IMG/VR virus record: IMGVR_UViG_3300025066_000007
DNA: 64,000 nucleotides
Reading direction: 5' to 3' (one strand)
Source of the DNA: a virus
Lineage: Duplodnaviria; Caudoviricetes
A model generated the notes under the pieces. It worked only from the letters and a program-made list of their open reading frames with translations, did no database searches and was not told the DNA's origin. A program made the position numbers and the translations under genes. Shown here in pieces: positions 21,301 to 30,700 of the stretch; the stretch's first letter is position 1, and each line of letters starts with the position of its first letter.

Positions 21301-21901
21301 AATCAAGGCTCCTAAAAATAGACAGCCCCCCTGTAGGCTCAGAGGATACTCTGTCAATGATAAATGCGTTTTCATTAGACAGTCTGTCTGTTGCTCCAGA
21401 GCTTCGAACTCTTCTTTCATCTACAACTGTCTCTGATATGTAATTATCGCTTAAAAGCTCTCCTATATGCTTTTGCGCTCGAAACAGCTCTTCTGCCTGA
21501 TTATCGATGAGGCTTGTTAGATTTGAATTTTCTAATTTATAGAGAGATGGTATATTTTGAACAAGCCTATCTCTAACAGGATTATAATTTTTTAGTCCTA
21601 GAAAATACAGATCTCGACTAGAATCGTCATTTATTAGAGCAACACCGTCCAAGGAAGTAAAGTCTGCCCCCGTGGCATCCTTCAGGCTTAGAATGTAATA
21701 ATTGCCCGCAACCTGCGGCTTCGTGGTTATTACAACCTGTTTTTCTGATACCGCTACTTTCGTAACCTCTAAATCGCTTACATTTCCGCTTACAGAAGTT
21801 ATCTTAAAGTTTTCAGCACTTAAGCTTTCAGATAAATTCTTATTAAATGTTACCTTTAGCTCTGTACTGGACGGTATTGAAAATAATGTTGGTCGAAGCA
21901 T
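12353..21901 (-). CDS. Giant (3182 aa) baseplate wedge-like protein with Ig-like and several LamG/ConA-like domains
   Basis: N-terminal Ig-like strand pattern (ELKVTFNKNL..LSAENFKI); DRELYRNALQGAMQAFTNGP (wedge/P2 gpI-like); LamG-type motifs GTFSAWVTP, LHHIGASW..MHLFVDG, GSIEFWVSP, WHRIRCDY..MRLFIDG, MDNIRFS; C-terminal LKPSHT; follows baseplate J. Confidence 0.7.
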   Translation of the reverse strand: MLRPTLFSIPSSTELKVTFNKNLSESLSAENFKITSVSGNVSDLEVTKVAVSEKQVVITTKPQVAGNYYILSLKDATGADFTSLDGVALINDDSSRDLYFLGLKNYNPVRDRLVQNIPSLYKLENSNLTSLIDNQAEELFRAQKHIGELLSDNYISETVVDERRVRSSGATDRLSNENAFIIDRVSSEPTGGLSIFRSLDYSAESSISRHSSFPSYPVSTQEMAVTAEEITLGTEGASFDGFLVNLSKKNVIKLTKLILVKSGEVEDCDGNLGTEYSLSTYKYSILDNRYDEELAFSNSSLLSNQVLLSEFGNIDKPKVGDKIIASYLYRDAGIRLNEGSLEIFNLKAIPQESLPANSSRFFLNKAPIVDSNNLIPERGGISFSYGQASPGIPAEFRRELVYNASKLPSKLGEYTVNYNTGEVIVVGSERIGEGTGNRAIIASYTYRNSFVENLDYYVNNNEIVASKTRSLKGSQVTVEFTYEKIFLDGVDYAAPCHTEILNEPVENNFSTSFSISPKNTPVTDVFRIFNQTTGEVYSPLYYTDDEIFFSGRKSPEFKTSGLESANFDLIELEELAAVGEFVCPAFTIEIRTALSNSNIRFSPGIPSELINLNSQDYLIRSTGLTGGGDPEDIQIRFFGEPDSNGLIHSFGISLTAQAPSLGESVTLGPLGYVFSLEKAQVISKTQDSVGSFSNTSAIFSDDSVFVNEKYFRPSPLSPSLSFPEKGSLQSVFVSEKADVTVENVSRLRKPGDYCIDYDHGKVYLAVSKEQEYEAGFVSYRHGSSISRNPNIIAVSRASKQILPSNSVFDSAINYNSILNTNNAIKINDLETSLLRNTGASAADLSGNIEETNKILADYTIIVEHKISSINTILDEKYLYGSGLNFAELSKRIPDSAASEAILPFSDGGTNLYDSSYVTFEENVIDLKKVSKTRVVKKDGSFTIRISDSDLESIFEIKNNSTGEAITDGVVTLSSTGAVIIIPDSAAISSLDLVEVSYITDGVPSVGTKVAVDYRYGRIHFDYTYSYDNVFVSYEYGDNQIDWSIGSAIGEGEEYYVSYKYGALRAALKKNFGILTKIPFFQNFGLNIDRELYRNALQGAMQAFTNGPKKSSFGTLVKSFTDIEPDITESAFGSWILGRDLLQPEEIEVSGPISFSNSKFKEGLDVKDGTIVSVPSVSNINLDEGTFSAWVTPHWSGIDNDAEITIEIDNIGLQSYKYVLGTDVFNYDNKFSLFPSDNRIGGVDSSIPSITLHNGRTVLIDEEEVLQIGVSALAKREPSLTRATKLELGISIKIDNFSIPEKISGTSDSPPALKNGVLGLYESTHNVPGYLSASTPSQSSIGYGSPGFISIGDDNKLLFLQLALRPVTNASDGSVFYVEIDDDDLSTNDFPKYDRLHPTTSCKCTVTDTVSILSGFRDREVQTVKAEFDSAVDISHIRSLNAVLTDGPSAFKVTDSRGAIYEVYGFIDEDGEEASGAFPDKITGFLLNKIPQNHEEITAKGSEFLNDFNPLGELFLSYQIVSVLTESDTDSEKVLGYEEKAFVADWSTECLDISILRDPRKNLVTIDLLSKTFSEKKTVSLFYTDLINTSDENYIFSRFSLDDLADLPAESSDRLKDKISVGTLDKSCRAIININKLDYKITNRFSLSDIYIGKFGRNPKRNPFSISKNDSPNTSVGVPLNYETSEGVFIGFDNLCESSLSDDAGQWVFRTRAAETISLPTSVAISGSDYELESSDITVEHTFDGRILTDGEFSSVTRSYRKEDDDSCAMGLVCSAHYRYCGEDLLENAGWRKINETDSSIINLLLGGSENDVGFWTKSGSFNTSADGGVYRIGPSTSVVDPESGDLVNRNTLFGRIPCSDGDWTSTINFRVLESDFNIEGSALARFVGAVSGNLTGISPLHIFDGKINIKLLLGISDASQPVLLTMDGHSGDILDISFFDWSDGEYKELIIKNENDIISVETDSEVLSVISAGDFEDASVDSCDLLSEPFIASHLFDGSIIDSTAFHQAFTGSIVDISLIEYEGRREEGLGLLESDDVFISTDSKIEFSFVTTDSTVDGYSDGYSDGYDDGYDGYVSEVVYDVDEITFTSDKLRYLLDTGEGESKNRISIFKDGKGFLNFRIFGSSTENGSNAYNIATNIKHFKANELHHIGASWRLNTVYEKDEMHLFVDGLEAPNLFRFGGSAKARVNDKFSDVGKEVLQGFVEEKIVYYEDHTDGTILAGSSTFSSESLAPGAELLGRSLIFKDSDIAEAYIGGGFIIGPVVGSGVTILDSITLDPIVFNTSASDITFSLAPTAGISESLAADIKNGAYSVFRTDCNGQTEELGGLEYSTSGSSITLINHGQAIKPAFRANVSSKIIEFIGEDDDCNMTSSVSFSDLDIHLKTFGLLFRKVKTDIALSSSSYDDSRKDELKSALFSHGVEPVSLSDVSVKRIIKTKYIPEFDEIDPVDDFYLGTFETSLENSIGTFKVSSESGQLDKENKGRQLSVVIDSDNIKFCKEITDGYADSLVSKITISGKTTDGSNSEEFYITGNGLLDGEKFFTSVESISGELIVADTSYESCVLEVIEKDPVTVGNNDGEYAEITRYINGALTLKTSGSDSPFELHPGSYRVEFPAFLNIKIPQVGPKLYLGSDMNGKGQFNGILDECKIITEMSNDTRPTALTTSGTRSITEEYLNPNPSCPDDQTILLSHFDNPIKLQSRRLRQKVFLNTDHNYRFKLDHSDREVLLASINDREAFESKMIRMGFSKDQAVRTFFECHKAQGGPVFNEAKLLRSDDMLVSFGSVNSHFGQAAKFFETAPLVIQNNLSFFRKDKGSIEFWVSPLLNTYNDPTKRTYVEISSVDRKRVESTSPTSLRLPAAAKKILGIKLIENKEEFSSFYSQTEVDNIIFDEIYRSEITGRLAGGTGVKKDFSRGSTLSPNGRDIALKDALPGSEVDVIVTYIPRDSAGDIVSIYKDADSQIVFSIKTNDEEHKLVGAVDWERNSWHRIRCDYKTGSSSDMMRLFIDGEDQAGFVYGEDSSIYNETDSDITLPSINSLKTKKIKLSDDFRLILIGGESNANNSALARMDNIRFSRAIREEVSDPNGNKVDLNYSSNINTILPVIKDSITTLLLNFDQENTEEKYATIIDPENGIFNFDIDVIDDFGKINKDEIEDLITELVNTLKPSHTNALVKFPRESC
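15677..15730 (-). repeat. In-frame tandem repeat encoding DGYSDGYSDGYDDGYDGY
   Basis: Five Asp-Gly-Tyr units, GAT GGC TAT TCT GAC GGA TAT TCC GAT GGA TAT GAC GAT GGA TAT GAC GGA TAT. Confidence 0.9.
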
Positions 21902-21909
21902 GCCTTTAC

Positions 21910-24900
21910 CTAGTTGATTCTAAACTTATTCCTCGAAACAGCTTCAAATAATATTTCGCCAGGAGAAACAAACTGATTATCGAGAGCTCTAATGAACGGG
22001 ATTCTTCCTGTTTTGCCATTCTCGTTAAAGATAGAAATATTAACAGAGTCAACTCCATCTACTGCAGCTGCCGTTGCAATTATATCGGAATAGTCAACAG
22101 TTCCTCCCAATACAGAGGTATTCAGAGCATTCGATATAGCATTTATTACAGTTTCAACGATTTTATTAGAATTATTCAAAGCATTATCATTTATAAGCAA
22201 TGTGCCCTGAACGTCTACGGGTATGTCCTCAGCTTCTTTTATCAAAATGTCCGCAGTTACAGGCCTTACTCTTTCCGCTTCTATGGTAGAGTCAATAATG
22301 AGCTTATTTACATTATACGATATACTGATTCGTTCTCCTTCTTTTGGCGCAAAAAAGTTATAATCAACGCTATAGGTATCCCCAATATCTGGTTGATTGT
22401 CTGCGCTTAACTCAATAGAGCCAACCAGATTGCCTGTGCTAGATCTAAATCCAGATGATACAGATACCCTCTCTATATGGCCAAATCTATTTTTAGTAGT
22501 CTTCTTGGAAGACCCTGAGAAGAATATCTCTTCAGCACCATTAGAATCATAAACTAGCAGCTCAACTCTGATTATATCTCCAGCAGATAGGGAGATTGAG
22601 TTATTATCTGGAGTAGAAGGAATGACGAACGTATAATTACTCAGAGAAGAATCCTCAGCGGCTGTCCCAACGGAATAGGTCACGTCCTCTAGCGAGGAGC
22701 CAAGGATATCGAAAGAAGCTTCTACTTCTCCATCTTCATCCAAAAGGCTTACTGCATCTACTCTGGCGATTCCAATATTCGTAGGCAAAGATGTTAGTCC
22801 CAGAACTGATTTTAAATCAGCTTCCAAATTAAAAATTTGACCGCTTACTGAGTTGCCTACTTTTACATCTAAAGTATAGCGATTAATAGTTATTCCTGTT
22901 AGCTTTATTTTTCCGGAGCTAGTTATTCCAGAAACCTCGACGGCGACTGGCGTTGGAGAAAATTTAATAATTGGCGTTAAGCTAGAATCAGCTTTATAGT
23001 CATAGAATATTGGCTGATTTGAACTGCTTGAGCCAGTACCGCTTGATGAGGTCAGCCTATTTGATAAAGCCGCTTCTGTTATAGGAAGGTTGGATAGATT
23101 TATCTTGGGATATACGGTTCTAGTACTTAATACATAATCGACATAAATATCTTCCTCTGAGAAGAAAGCATCTTCGACTAGAGAGAACAGACCATTTTCT
23201 GTCAAAATACCTTCTGATGGAAGAATAATGACATTATTATATATAGAGCCGTCTGAGTCTTTTATATCAAATAATTCTTTCTTATTATAAATAACTGTAA
23301 CGGTATCGCCTATCTCTGCAGAAGTATCTGACGGGAAGTAGATAACCCTAGATCTAAAGGATCCATCTCCTTCTTCCGTGTTATAAACCTCCAGAAGATC
23401 ACTGTCTCTTTTTATTGATAAAATTCCCTCGCTAACCGCTTCGCTTGCAGCAGAAAGAGTTACTCCAATTGCTCCAGATGCGTCAACAGTTGCTACGATA
23501 GCAGTTGCTTCAGTTCTCGAATATACAGAGATAGCCCTGCTTATATCGTAATCTAGAGTTACTTGAAAGTTTAGGCCATCATCTGTCTTCTCAATGATTG
23601 ACTTTTCCCCAGAAACTCCACCGCTTTGAGCCCAATCAATTACATCTACTGCGAATGGAGTCTTAAACTGAAACTGGTTTCCTCCGGAGAAGTCGATGTG
23701 TTTATCGAAAAACTTTCTCCAAGTATAATTTACACTTAAAATATCTGCAGAAGTCGGAAGTGATCGTCCGGAAATCTTTATTATTCCGTCTCTGTTTAGG
23801 CCGTCTTCACCTAGATTTTGGTTTACAACGGAATATACTTCTCCTGTAGTCTTATTTTGGACCCTAGAGACTCTGACGATAGGTGTTTGGCGCAATTTAA
23901 TAAATTCTGATCCGGCAGTACTTACGTCTGAATTTTCAGATGTTTCGTTAGAGTCTACATATACTCCGCTAAGACTTTCGAGATCTGAAAACTCCAATGA
24001 GTCTAATCCATAAGACTCTCCTTTCGCTACAGGCTCTGCTTCTACTTCTTTTTTATTTGAAATAAAGTGAATCTTATCAAAGCCAAACGGGCTTCCTCCC
24101 GTTTCTGGATTAAGATCTTTTTGAAGCTCAAAGTTTCCGCGCTTAACTCCATTTTGATCCAAAAATGCTTCGGTCAAAGCTCCAGAGGAACTTCCAACTA
24201 CAGAGACCATGGAATCTACGGGTTGCGCTGGCAAAAGGCCTTCTTTGAAAGCCTGGACTCGCCTTTCCTCTGAAGTCCTAGTGAGGTCTTGATTTGACTG
24301 GCCTAGTATATAGTCGTTTCTTTCATCGAAAATATTCCCAGAGCCAGATAGGTCTGTGAATACATATGATTCAGAAATAGCCTCTATCTTTCTTCCCAAT
24401 ATATATATGTCTACCTTTCCGCCTGTTCCTGAGCTTAAAATTCTACTAGTCCCGTCATCAAGCTCTATTGATTCCGTACCGTCTCTAAGCATAAGAGAGT
24501 TACCGGGTTCAACGACTAGCGCATCTAGGACGCCAGAAACTCCTAATACTGAGTTTCTGTACCCAGCAGAAGTTCCCGTGTTTGCTCCGCTGAATATGGC
24601 TAAAATTCTGGCACGAAAAGAGTCATCGCTCTCTTGGTTTGTTCCGCCAGTAGTCGGAGTTAAATTCACGACTGAGGCAGCACCTTGAAGGTTAGAGTTT
24701 ATTATTTGTAGCGAACCCACGTTACCTGCCGACCCAGGCCTAATGGCTCTTATTGGAACCTCTATGGCGTAAGCGCTATTAAGCCCTGCAATGTTCAGTG
24801 ACTTTCTGAGCCTTGAGGCATTCGCTGCCAAGCGATTTTTATCCGCCGAAGACATTACATAATTACCTACTGTTCGAAAGCTGATTCCCCCTCTTGAAGT

Positions 24901-25227
24901 CCCTGTAGTTCCGCTAGGGATGGAGATATCTGAGGTAAGACTGTTGGTTGCAAAAATAAGAATTCCGCTAGCCAATGTTCCAGAGTTTTTGAAGACTCCG
25001 AAGTTAGCTCCTAAGCGCTCCAAATCTCTTCCTATGGAGGACGCTAGGGATTGTTTCTCTGAGACTAGGTTTAGAGCAGAATATAGCCTTGACAGCTCAT
25101 CTGCAGGAAGATCTACGAAGAGATCTCTAGAGACAGAACCGGGCTTTGTATCTAGGCTCGGCTGAGAGAGCCTTAACCTCTGCAGCATTGTAGATACTAT
25201 TTCGCTAAATGATCTAAACGTAGCCAT
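21910..25227 (-). CDS. Baseplate J-like wedge protein (T4 gp6 / P2 gpJ family), extended
   Basis: LERLGANFGV, IRAIRPGSAGNVG, TGGTNQESDDSFRARIL, LGGTVDYSDIIATAAAVDGVDSV; directly downstream of the gp25-like gene. Confidence 0.88.
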   Translation of the reverse strand: MATFRSFSEIVSTMLQRLRLSQPSLDTKPGSVSRDLFVDLPADELSRLYSALNLVSEKQSLASSIGRDLERLGANFGVFKNSGTLASGILIFATNSLTSDISIPSGTTGTSRGGISFRTVGNYVMSSADKNRLAANASRLRKSLNIAGLNSAYAIEVPIRAIRPGSAGNVGSLQIINSNLQGAASVVNLTPTTGGTNQESDDSFRARILAIFSGANTGTSAGYRNSVLGVSGVLDALVVEPGNSLMLRDGTESIELDDGTSRILSSGTGGKVDIYILGRKIEAISESYVFTDLSGSGNIFDERNDYILGQSNQDLTRTSEERRVQAFKEGLLPAQPVDSMVSVVGSSSGALTEAFLDQNGVKRGNFELQKDLNPETGGSPFGFDKIHFISNKKEVEAEPVAKGESYGLDSLEFSDLESLSGVYVDSNETSENSDVSTAGSEFIKLRQTPIVRVSRVQNKTTGEVYSVVNQNLGEDGLNRDGIIKISGRSLPTSADILSVNYTWRKFFDKHIDFSGGNQFQFKTPFAVDVIDWAQSGGVSGEKSIIEKTDDGLNFQVTLDYDISRAISVYSRTEATAIVATVDASGAIGVTLSAASEAVSEGILSIKRDSDLLEVYNTEEGDGSFRSRVIYFPSDTSAEIGDTVTVIYNKKELFDIKDSDGSIYNNVIILPSEGILTENGLFSLVEDAFFSEEDIYVDYVLSTRTVYPKINLSNLPITEAALSNRLTSSSGTGSSSSNQPIFYDYKADSSLTPIIKFSPTPVAVEVSGITSSGKIKLTGITINRYTLDVKVGNSVSGQIFNLEADLKSVLGLTSLPTNIGIARVDAVSLLDEDGEVEASFDILGSSLEDVTYSVGTAAEDSSLSNYTFVIPSTPDNNSISLSAGDIIRVELLVYDSNGAEEIFFSGSSKKTTKNRFGHIERVSVSSGFRSSTGNLVGSIELSADNQPDIGDTYSVDYNFFAPKEGERISISYNVNKLIIDSTIEAERVRPVTADILIKEAEDIPVDVQGTLLINDNALNNSNKIVETVINAISNALNTSVLGGTVDYSDIIATAAAVDGVDSVNISIFNENGKTGRIPFIRALDNQFVSPGEILFEAVSRNKFRIN

Positions 25228-25235
25228 CTTTTCCC

Positions 25236-25667
25236 CTAAGCTATTCTTACTGTTATAGAGCTTTCTATCTTATCTAATGATTGAGTTGCTACTGAAATAA
25301 ATATGTTATACAATCTCGGATCAGCTTTGTCTCTCGTAACTTCTAAGCCCAAGATATCTACAATAGTTTCTCCAGGAGATAGCGATTGTCTTCTAGACTG
25401 TGACCGCTGAAGAGACATTAAATTTCTGAGTGCAGTTCTTGCAGATGACTCTATATCTAAAGATATAATCCTCTCGTCAACATAGCTTCCTATCTGGAGC
25501 TTTCCAACGTGGCTTCCATATTTCGGATGAAATTTATTATCACCCAAACTTGTAAGCAAGATTTTTAAAATATCTTGCCTCAGCTTCGAGTTGCCAGCTA
25601 CGGTAGATAACGTGCCATCAGCATTTATTTTCAAATCTCCATTTTCTATTCTTAGATCAAAAGACAT
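25236..25667 (-). CDS. gp25/gpW-like baseplate wedge (sheath initiator) protein
   Basis: DLRIENGDL...KLRQDILKILLTSLGDNKFHPKYGS; 143 aa; precedes baseplate J. Confidence 0.88.
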   Translation of the reverse strand: MSFDLRIENGDLKINADGTLSTVAGNSKLRQDILKILLTSLGDNKFHPKYGSHVGKLQIGSYVDERIISLDIESSARTALRNLMSLQRSQSRRQSLSPGETIVDILGLEVTRDKADPRLYNIFISVATQSLDKIESSITVRIA

Positions 25668-25741
25668 ATTATCTACTTAGACTCCCTATTTTGTTATAAA
25701 AATAATAGAAATGTCACGAAAGCAAGGCTCAGAAGGAGGCT

Positions 25742-27724
25742 CTAATCGTTATAGACAAATAGCTCCACGCCCTCACTGGAAATGATAAACCTTACTAGCT
25801 CATATCCGTCAAATGCGGCGTCGGAAATCTTTTGAACGGCGTCTCCCATGTTCAGCTCTAGCTGGAAGCCGTCGAAAAACCCTTTGGGAAATTCCGACTT
25901 CATATAGGCAAATTGCTGCTGGTTTAATAACGAGATCAGAACGTCAACAGGGACAGAGAAAAAGGCTATTATAAAAACCAAAACATCTATAGACCCAATG
26001 CCCTTAGAAACCCCCAGCTTGCTGCCAATGCCTTCTCTAGCCTTATCCGCCTTATCTGCAGCCCTAATGTTCCTTGAGTTTATATTGTCTATTTTAGAAA
26101 CAGCCCATCGCCTAGGAACGTCTATTGCCGCCAAAACAGCGCTCATAAGATGTGCTTCCTTTATAGCCGAGGATCTTACCGTGCCAGCTTGTAAGTCCAA
26201 AACTTCTGGAGAAGCATTTTCACCTAATAGCAAAAAAATTGAGTCTTCAATAGTTTTGATCAATTCAAATTGTCTTTGCTCTTCACTTTTTACGTTACCA
26301 TCGACGTGAGCGTTGGCCTGAGCATCACTCTTCTTTTCGTCTTTAGTCTTTCTTCCAGTTTTGACCTGCACAACATGCATAGACTTAACTTTGCTCTTAA
26401 TGTCAAGGGCCATTCCATATAAAGAAGAGAATAATCTAGTAATCAACAAGGCTTCTAACAGACCGAGCTGATCTCTCGTACCCTCATAGGTCATGCTCTT
26501 AGACGCAAGGCCAATCGAAGTAGGGGCCTGAGATCCATTTCGCGGATAAGTTACATGTGTTCCAGAGATTACGTCTAACCTTATTCTTATAACGGCTTCC
26601 AACAGAGTAGGCTTCATCTTCTTACTATTTATAACCCTTAGTGCTTTAGGCAGAAAAGGTTCAGCGACTATCTTCTCGCTTTCATTGATGCATTTTTCAA
26701 TTCTCTCATCTTGTATAGGCGGAAAGAGTAAATAGTGATATTTCCAAAAATTCTCGGATAAGTCAAGCCTTCTAACGCTAATGTCTTTTTTCCCCAAAAC
26801 TTCGCTGTCAAAGATTATTTCGGAAATAATCTCTGCAGGTACGCGAATAGTTGGCTCCAAAAGCCTTAGAGTCTCGATAAATATATTCCTTAAGATCATC
26901 GGCACTGCAAGCTCATTTACTTCATCTTCAGAAAGAGTCGAGCCTTCCCCAAAGTGCTCAGTCCACGACTTAAGGCTCTCTTTGCTCCGCTCTGTCAAAT
27001 CAGACTCTTCCTTTGTCGCTTCTACCGTTTTTGTATATATTCCTCTTGAAAGCTCTCCTGCATCTTTTGTCGCTTTATTCTTTATATTTTTTAGATTTTT
27101 TAGATCCAAAAGAATTTCTCTTAACAAGTCAAGTTGCTGTAGGCCCAAATCGGACAGCTTGGAAAACGGATCGCTAGCCTTGCTAAGGCTATATATCTCA
27201 TCTCCAAGAACTTCTGGACGACTATTCTTTCCAAGCTGCCTTACATCAAGCCTTCCGGCAGTATACTGCTCTTTGTTTAACCCGGTCTTTTTCTTCGCGC
27301 CGCTAGCAGTTACATAAGTAAGTCGAACGTTATCCTGAATATTTGCCGAGGACGGCATTCCCAGCATCCTGAAGAAAGCATTCTCATATGATTCTAAGAC
27401 CGACTCTGAATTTACAATCTCATTGAAGTTAAGATTCTCTCCTTCTACAGTCGGAACTTCTTTCGCTAATTCAAAGGGCAAAAATGATGATCTAATTTTA
27501 TTCAGCTCTGCAAATAATGTTCCAAAGTTTTCGCCTATCTCTGAAAACATCTTCTCGTATTCATCGCCCTTGGACTCATGCAGAAACGGATCTACATTAT
27601 ATCTTCCCTCTAAAGCCCCAATTGCTTCTTGCAATGCAGTTCCAAGAAATGTCTCTTCGCTCACATTTCCGGTCGAAGATGCCAGCCCAATAAGTTCTCC
27701 TATCGTATTTAGAATATCTGCCAT
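25742..27724 (-). CDS. Hypothetical alpha-helical virion-associated protein (660 aa)
   Basis: Long ORF coupled to the upstream gene (TAA-A-ATG); no recognised motif; hydrophobic stretch GSIDVLVFIIAFFSVPVDVLISLL. Confidence 0.55.
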   Translation of the reverse strand: MADILNTIGELIGLASSTGNVSEETFLGTALQEAIGALEGRYNVDPFLHESKGDEYEKMFSEIGENFGTLFAELNKIRSSFLPFELAKEVPTVEGENLNFNEIVNSESVLESYENAFFRMLGMPSSANIQDNVRLTYVTASGAKKKTGLNKEQYTAGRLDVRQLGKNSRPEVLGDEIYSLSKASDPFSKLSDLGLQQLDLLREILLDLKNLKNIKNKATKDAGELSRGIYTKTVEATKEESDLTERSKESLKSWTEHFGEGSTLSEDEVNELAVPMILRNIFIETLRLLEPTIRVPAEIISEIIFDSEVLGKKDISVRRLDLSENFWKYHYLLFPPIQDERIEKCINESEKIVAEPFLPKALRVINSKKMKPTLLEAVIRIRLDVISGTHVTYPRNGSQAPTSIGLASKSMTYEGTRDQLGLLEALLITRLFSSLYGMALDIKSKVKSMHVVQVKTGRKTKDEKKSDAQANAHVDGNVKSEEQRQFELIKTIEDSIFLLLGENASPEVLDLQAGTVRSSAIKEAHLMSAVLAAIDVPRRWAVSKIDNINSRNIRAADKADKAREGIGSKLGVSKGIGSIDVLVFIIAFFSVPVDVLISLLNQQQFAYMKSEFPKGFFDGFQLELNMGDAVQKISDAAFDGYELVRFIISSEGVELFVYND

Positions 27725-27725
27725 T

Positions 27726-30700
27726 TTAATTCTCTAATTTCGTTCCGAATGTTTGAGGCGATGGCTTAGATGACTTCGCGCTATTTTCTCTGTCCTCATC
27801 TCCATAGCCGACTCCAGAAGTGCTTACTGCCGGGACAAAGAGAACTGTTAAGATTCTGTCGACTTTCGATAAAGCTCCGGGGGCAAATTCCTCACTTGCT
27901 TCTGCGACAGTAATTGTAGAATCATCCACACAATCAACCTCTACCTCTGCAGCCTCCACTCTTGGATCCACTATTCCTCGGTCGGTAACCGCCTGGACAA
28001 CGGTTGAGCATATTGTGGCTCTTATTTGAACTTTTCCTGCTGCAGGAGCAGTAACCGCGAAGGTATACTCTCCACCTTCTTTTTCGAAAATAACAGAAGA
28101 ATCTTCGGAAGTTGCAGCGACTAGCTCTGCCCCTCCCGTCTCATCCTTTAGAAAGTCAATTTTGATAGAGTCTGTGAGGTCAAGCGCTGGAGCCAAAACT
28201 TCATCATAACAATCTCTTGGAATTATCTTGACGATGGCCTTACTCCCTACCGCTACTGTTGCCGAATCACCTATTCCGGAAGCATACTCCATAGCCCCTG
28301 TTATTTGAGGAAACCCTGCAAGCTCTTCATCGAACTCTAGCTCATCAACTATATCGAAACCAGCTAGTGTTGCAAGATCCTCCTGCTCTGGGTTCACAAA
28401 TTCTGCAAGAGCAGTTTCATCATCATCATTCTCAATCTTAAAAGAAGTATTCAATGGATTTATTACAAATCCGCAAATATTGTCTACCTCATCTTCATAA
28501 CATTCTTTAAGTGTGTTGTACTGAGCAACTACATCTTGAACGGAAATCTGACTGGGAATCTTTCCGAGTTCTAACGAATTCCTTATCTTTGGAATTATCC
28601 CAATTGGAATTCCCTCGGAGTCCTCTTCTTCACTATGAAAGAAGCTTAAAAAGGCCTCAAGACAATCTGTAAGGGTTCCGATGCTATCCTCTATCTTGTC
28701 AGGCTCTGTAAAGCCAGGAAGATCGAGAAGAAGTTCCGTTGGGCCAGACGCACCACATGCTGCTGCAATATCTCCAGATAACTGACGCATATCCACCACA
28801 TAAAGCCTGGGGAAGTCAAAGACATTAATCGTATTGGCAGCCCTTGTTATGGCGTCAATGTCCGCTGGTGAACCTCCAACATAATCGTAGTCACCTACAG
28901 CAGTTCCATCTGCAAAAAATTCGAAAGGCTGATCAGCACTGCCTGCAATTGCATTATAATTGGCTTGCTGCCAAATTAGTATCTCTCCAGCATTAATTTC
29001 ATGATCATTCTCAAGAGCCTCAAGAGAGGCAGCCTGGGTTGAGGCGGGATCGGGATTCAGCTCTGCAAATGACAGGTATATTTCTCGGCCCTCTACCGTA
29101 AAGGCTTTCTTGGGCGCAGTTGGAAAGTTCATCATTTTGGCGTGAATAGCAGTTATTGCAGGAACTCCGTTCACATCCTCAACTATAATTCCCCCCTGAC
29201 CAGTACCGGGCGCTTCGACAAAATAGATATTAAACTCGTCATCTATCAAGGCGATCATTGGGATTGATCCGAATGTCTTGGTCACTTCAACCGGAGTAAA
29301 TTCGGCAGATAAAGTATCAGGGTTTACTCCAGGCTCTTGAAGTTCAAATGTTACAGTTAGCGGCTTAGGCTGGTAGGTTCTAGCTCCATTTAAATCGGCC
29401 CCTCGTTCTAAAAAGAATCCTCCAGTTGCATCTTTGTCGGACGCCCCATCAATTGGAGAGACAAAGCCTATGTCATCCATATCTCCTGCTATCTTCAGAG
29501 AGTTGCCGTCTGGCTTCAAAAAGCTAGGAGGAGAATCCAATGTTTGTAAATTATCTATAGTCTTTTTGTCGAAAAATGGAGCGAAAAATGGAATAAAGGC
29601 ATGTGGAGCAGTTTTCCCACTCTCATTAAATTCAAACCAAACCATTCTCGGGTCAGGTCCTGTGAAGATTGCGAACTCCTTTATTGATCTTGAAAATGAA
29701 AGTCCAAAAGTTCCCTCAAAGTCTCCTCCATTAAACCTTAGGCTTTGGTAATTAACGTTATCATGCTCTCCGTTTCCATCTAAGTCTCCCTCGAAAAAGC
29801 CTCCCTCTTCAATTAAAATATTGTCTCCCGTCAGACTGCTCCTTATCCCGGGCAAAGGCCTTCCGCCAAATCCGGTATTGTCAGATACAATTTCAACACC
29901 GGAACCTTGCTCTGATACTTCCGATAAGATACTTCCAAGATCAAAAATTGCTGGAGGGGTATTCCCTGCCGAACCTACGTCATCAACCGGAAGAGTAGTG
30001 TACGTTTGAGCCATAGGAAGAAGCGCATCCGGAACTATTCTTCCGGCCGGAACAACCTTGCTCATGATTAATCCGGCCAATTGAGATGGATCTATACAGG
30101 CCTCTTCATCGGCGTCTGTTTTAATCTGACATGGGAATGCGAAGGTTAAACTTAGTAGCTCTAAGAATAAGGCCAGGATATTAAGAATTGGATCCAAAAC
30201 AGTAAGATCGGCCTCTAGGCTCGCAAGATGCTCACTAATCGTTTCCTCAAGAGCTATTATAGCAGGGTAGTTCCTCTGCTCTACTGCGTTTTTAATTGCA
30301 GTGGATATTTCATTAATTGCGTTAACAGTACTCAAGACCTTCAGGATGATGCAAAGAAGCAATTCGATAACGTGAAGAACGAGCGCCAATAACATTGCCG
30401 GGACTGATAGTTGCGGAAGCAATAGAATCAAATCATACAAGCACAAGAATAATCTGATTATGGCGAAAACAAGAGCTATCGGATTAAGCAGAGCACAGAT
30501 AACGTCTATGATGCAGAATATAACTTTAATCGGAACAAGCAAGACCTTGAAATTTCTTAACTGCAGAGCCAACTCTCCAGTTAAGTGAAACGACATATCG
30601 CAAAAGCTTTGAATGAACTCCTTAGGAACATTCGCCTTGTCTAAGATTACAGACGTAAACTTCAGCGGCCTATCAGACAGCTTCTCCTTTAAATCCGTTG

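Noticed and set aside
25726-25741. AGGCTC direct repeat after the 660-aa gene as a possible terminator
   Set aside because: It is a direct, not inverted, repeat, with no stable stem or U-tract
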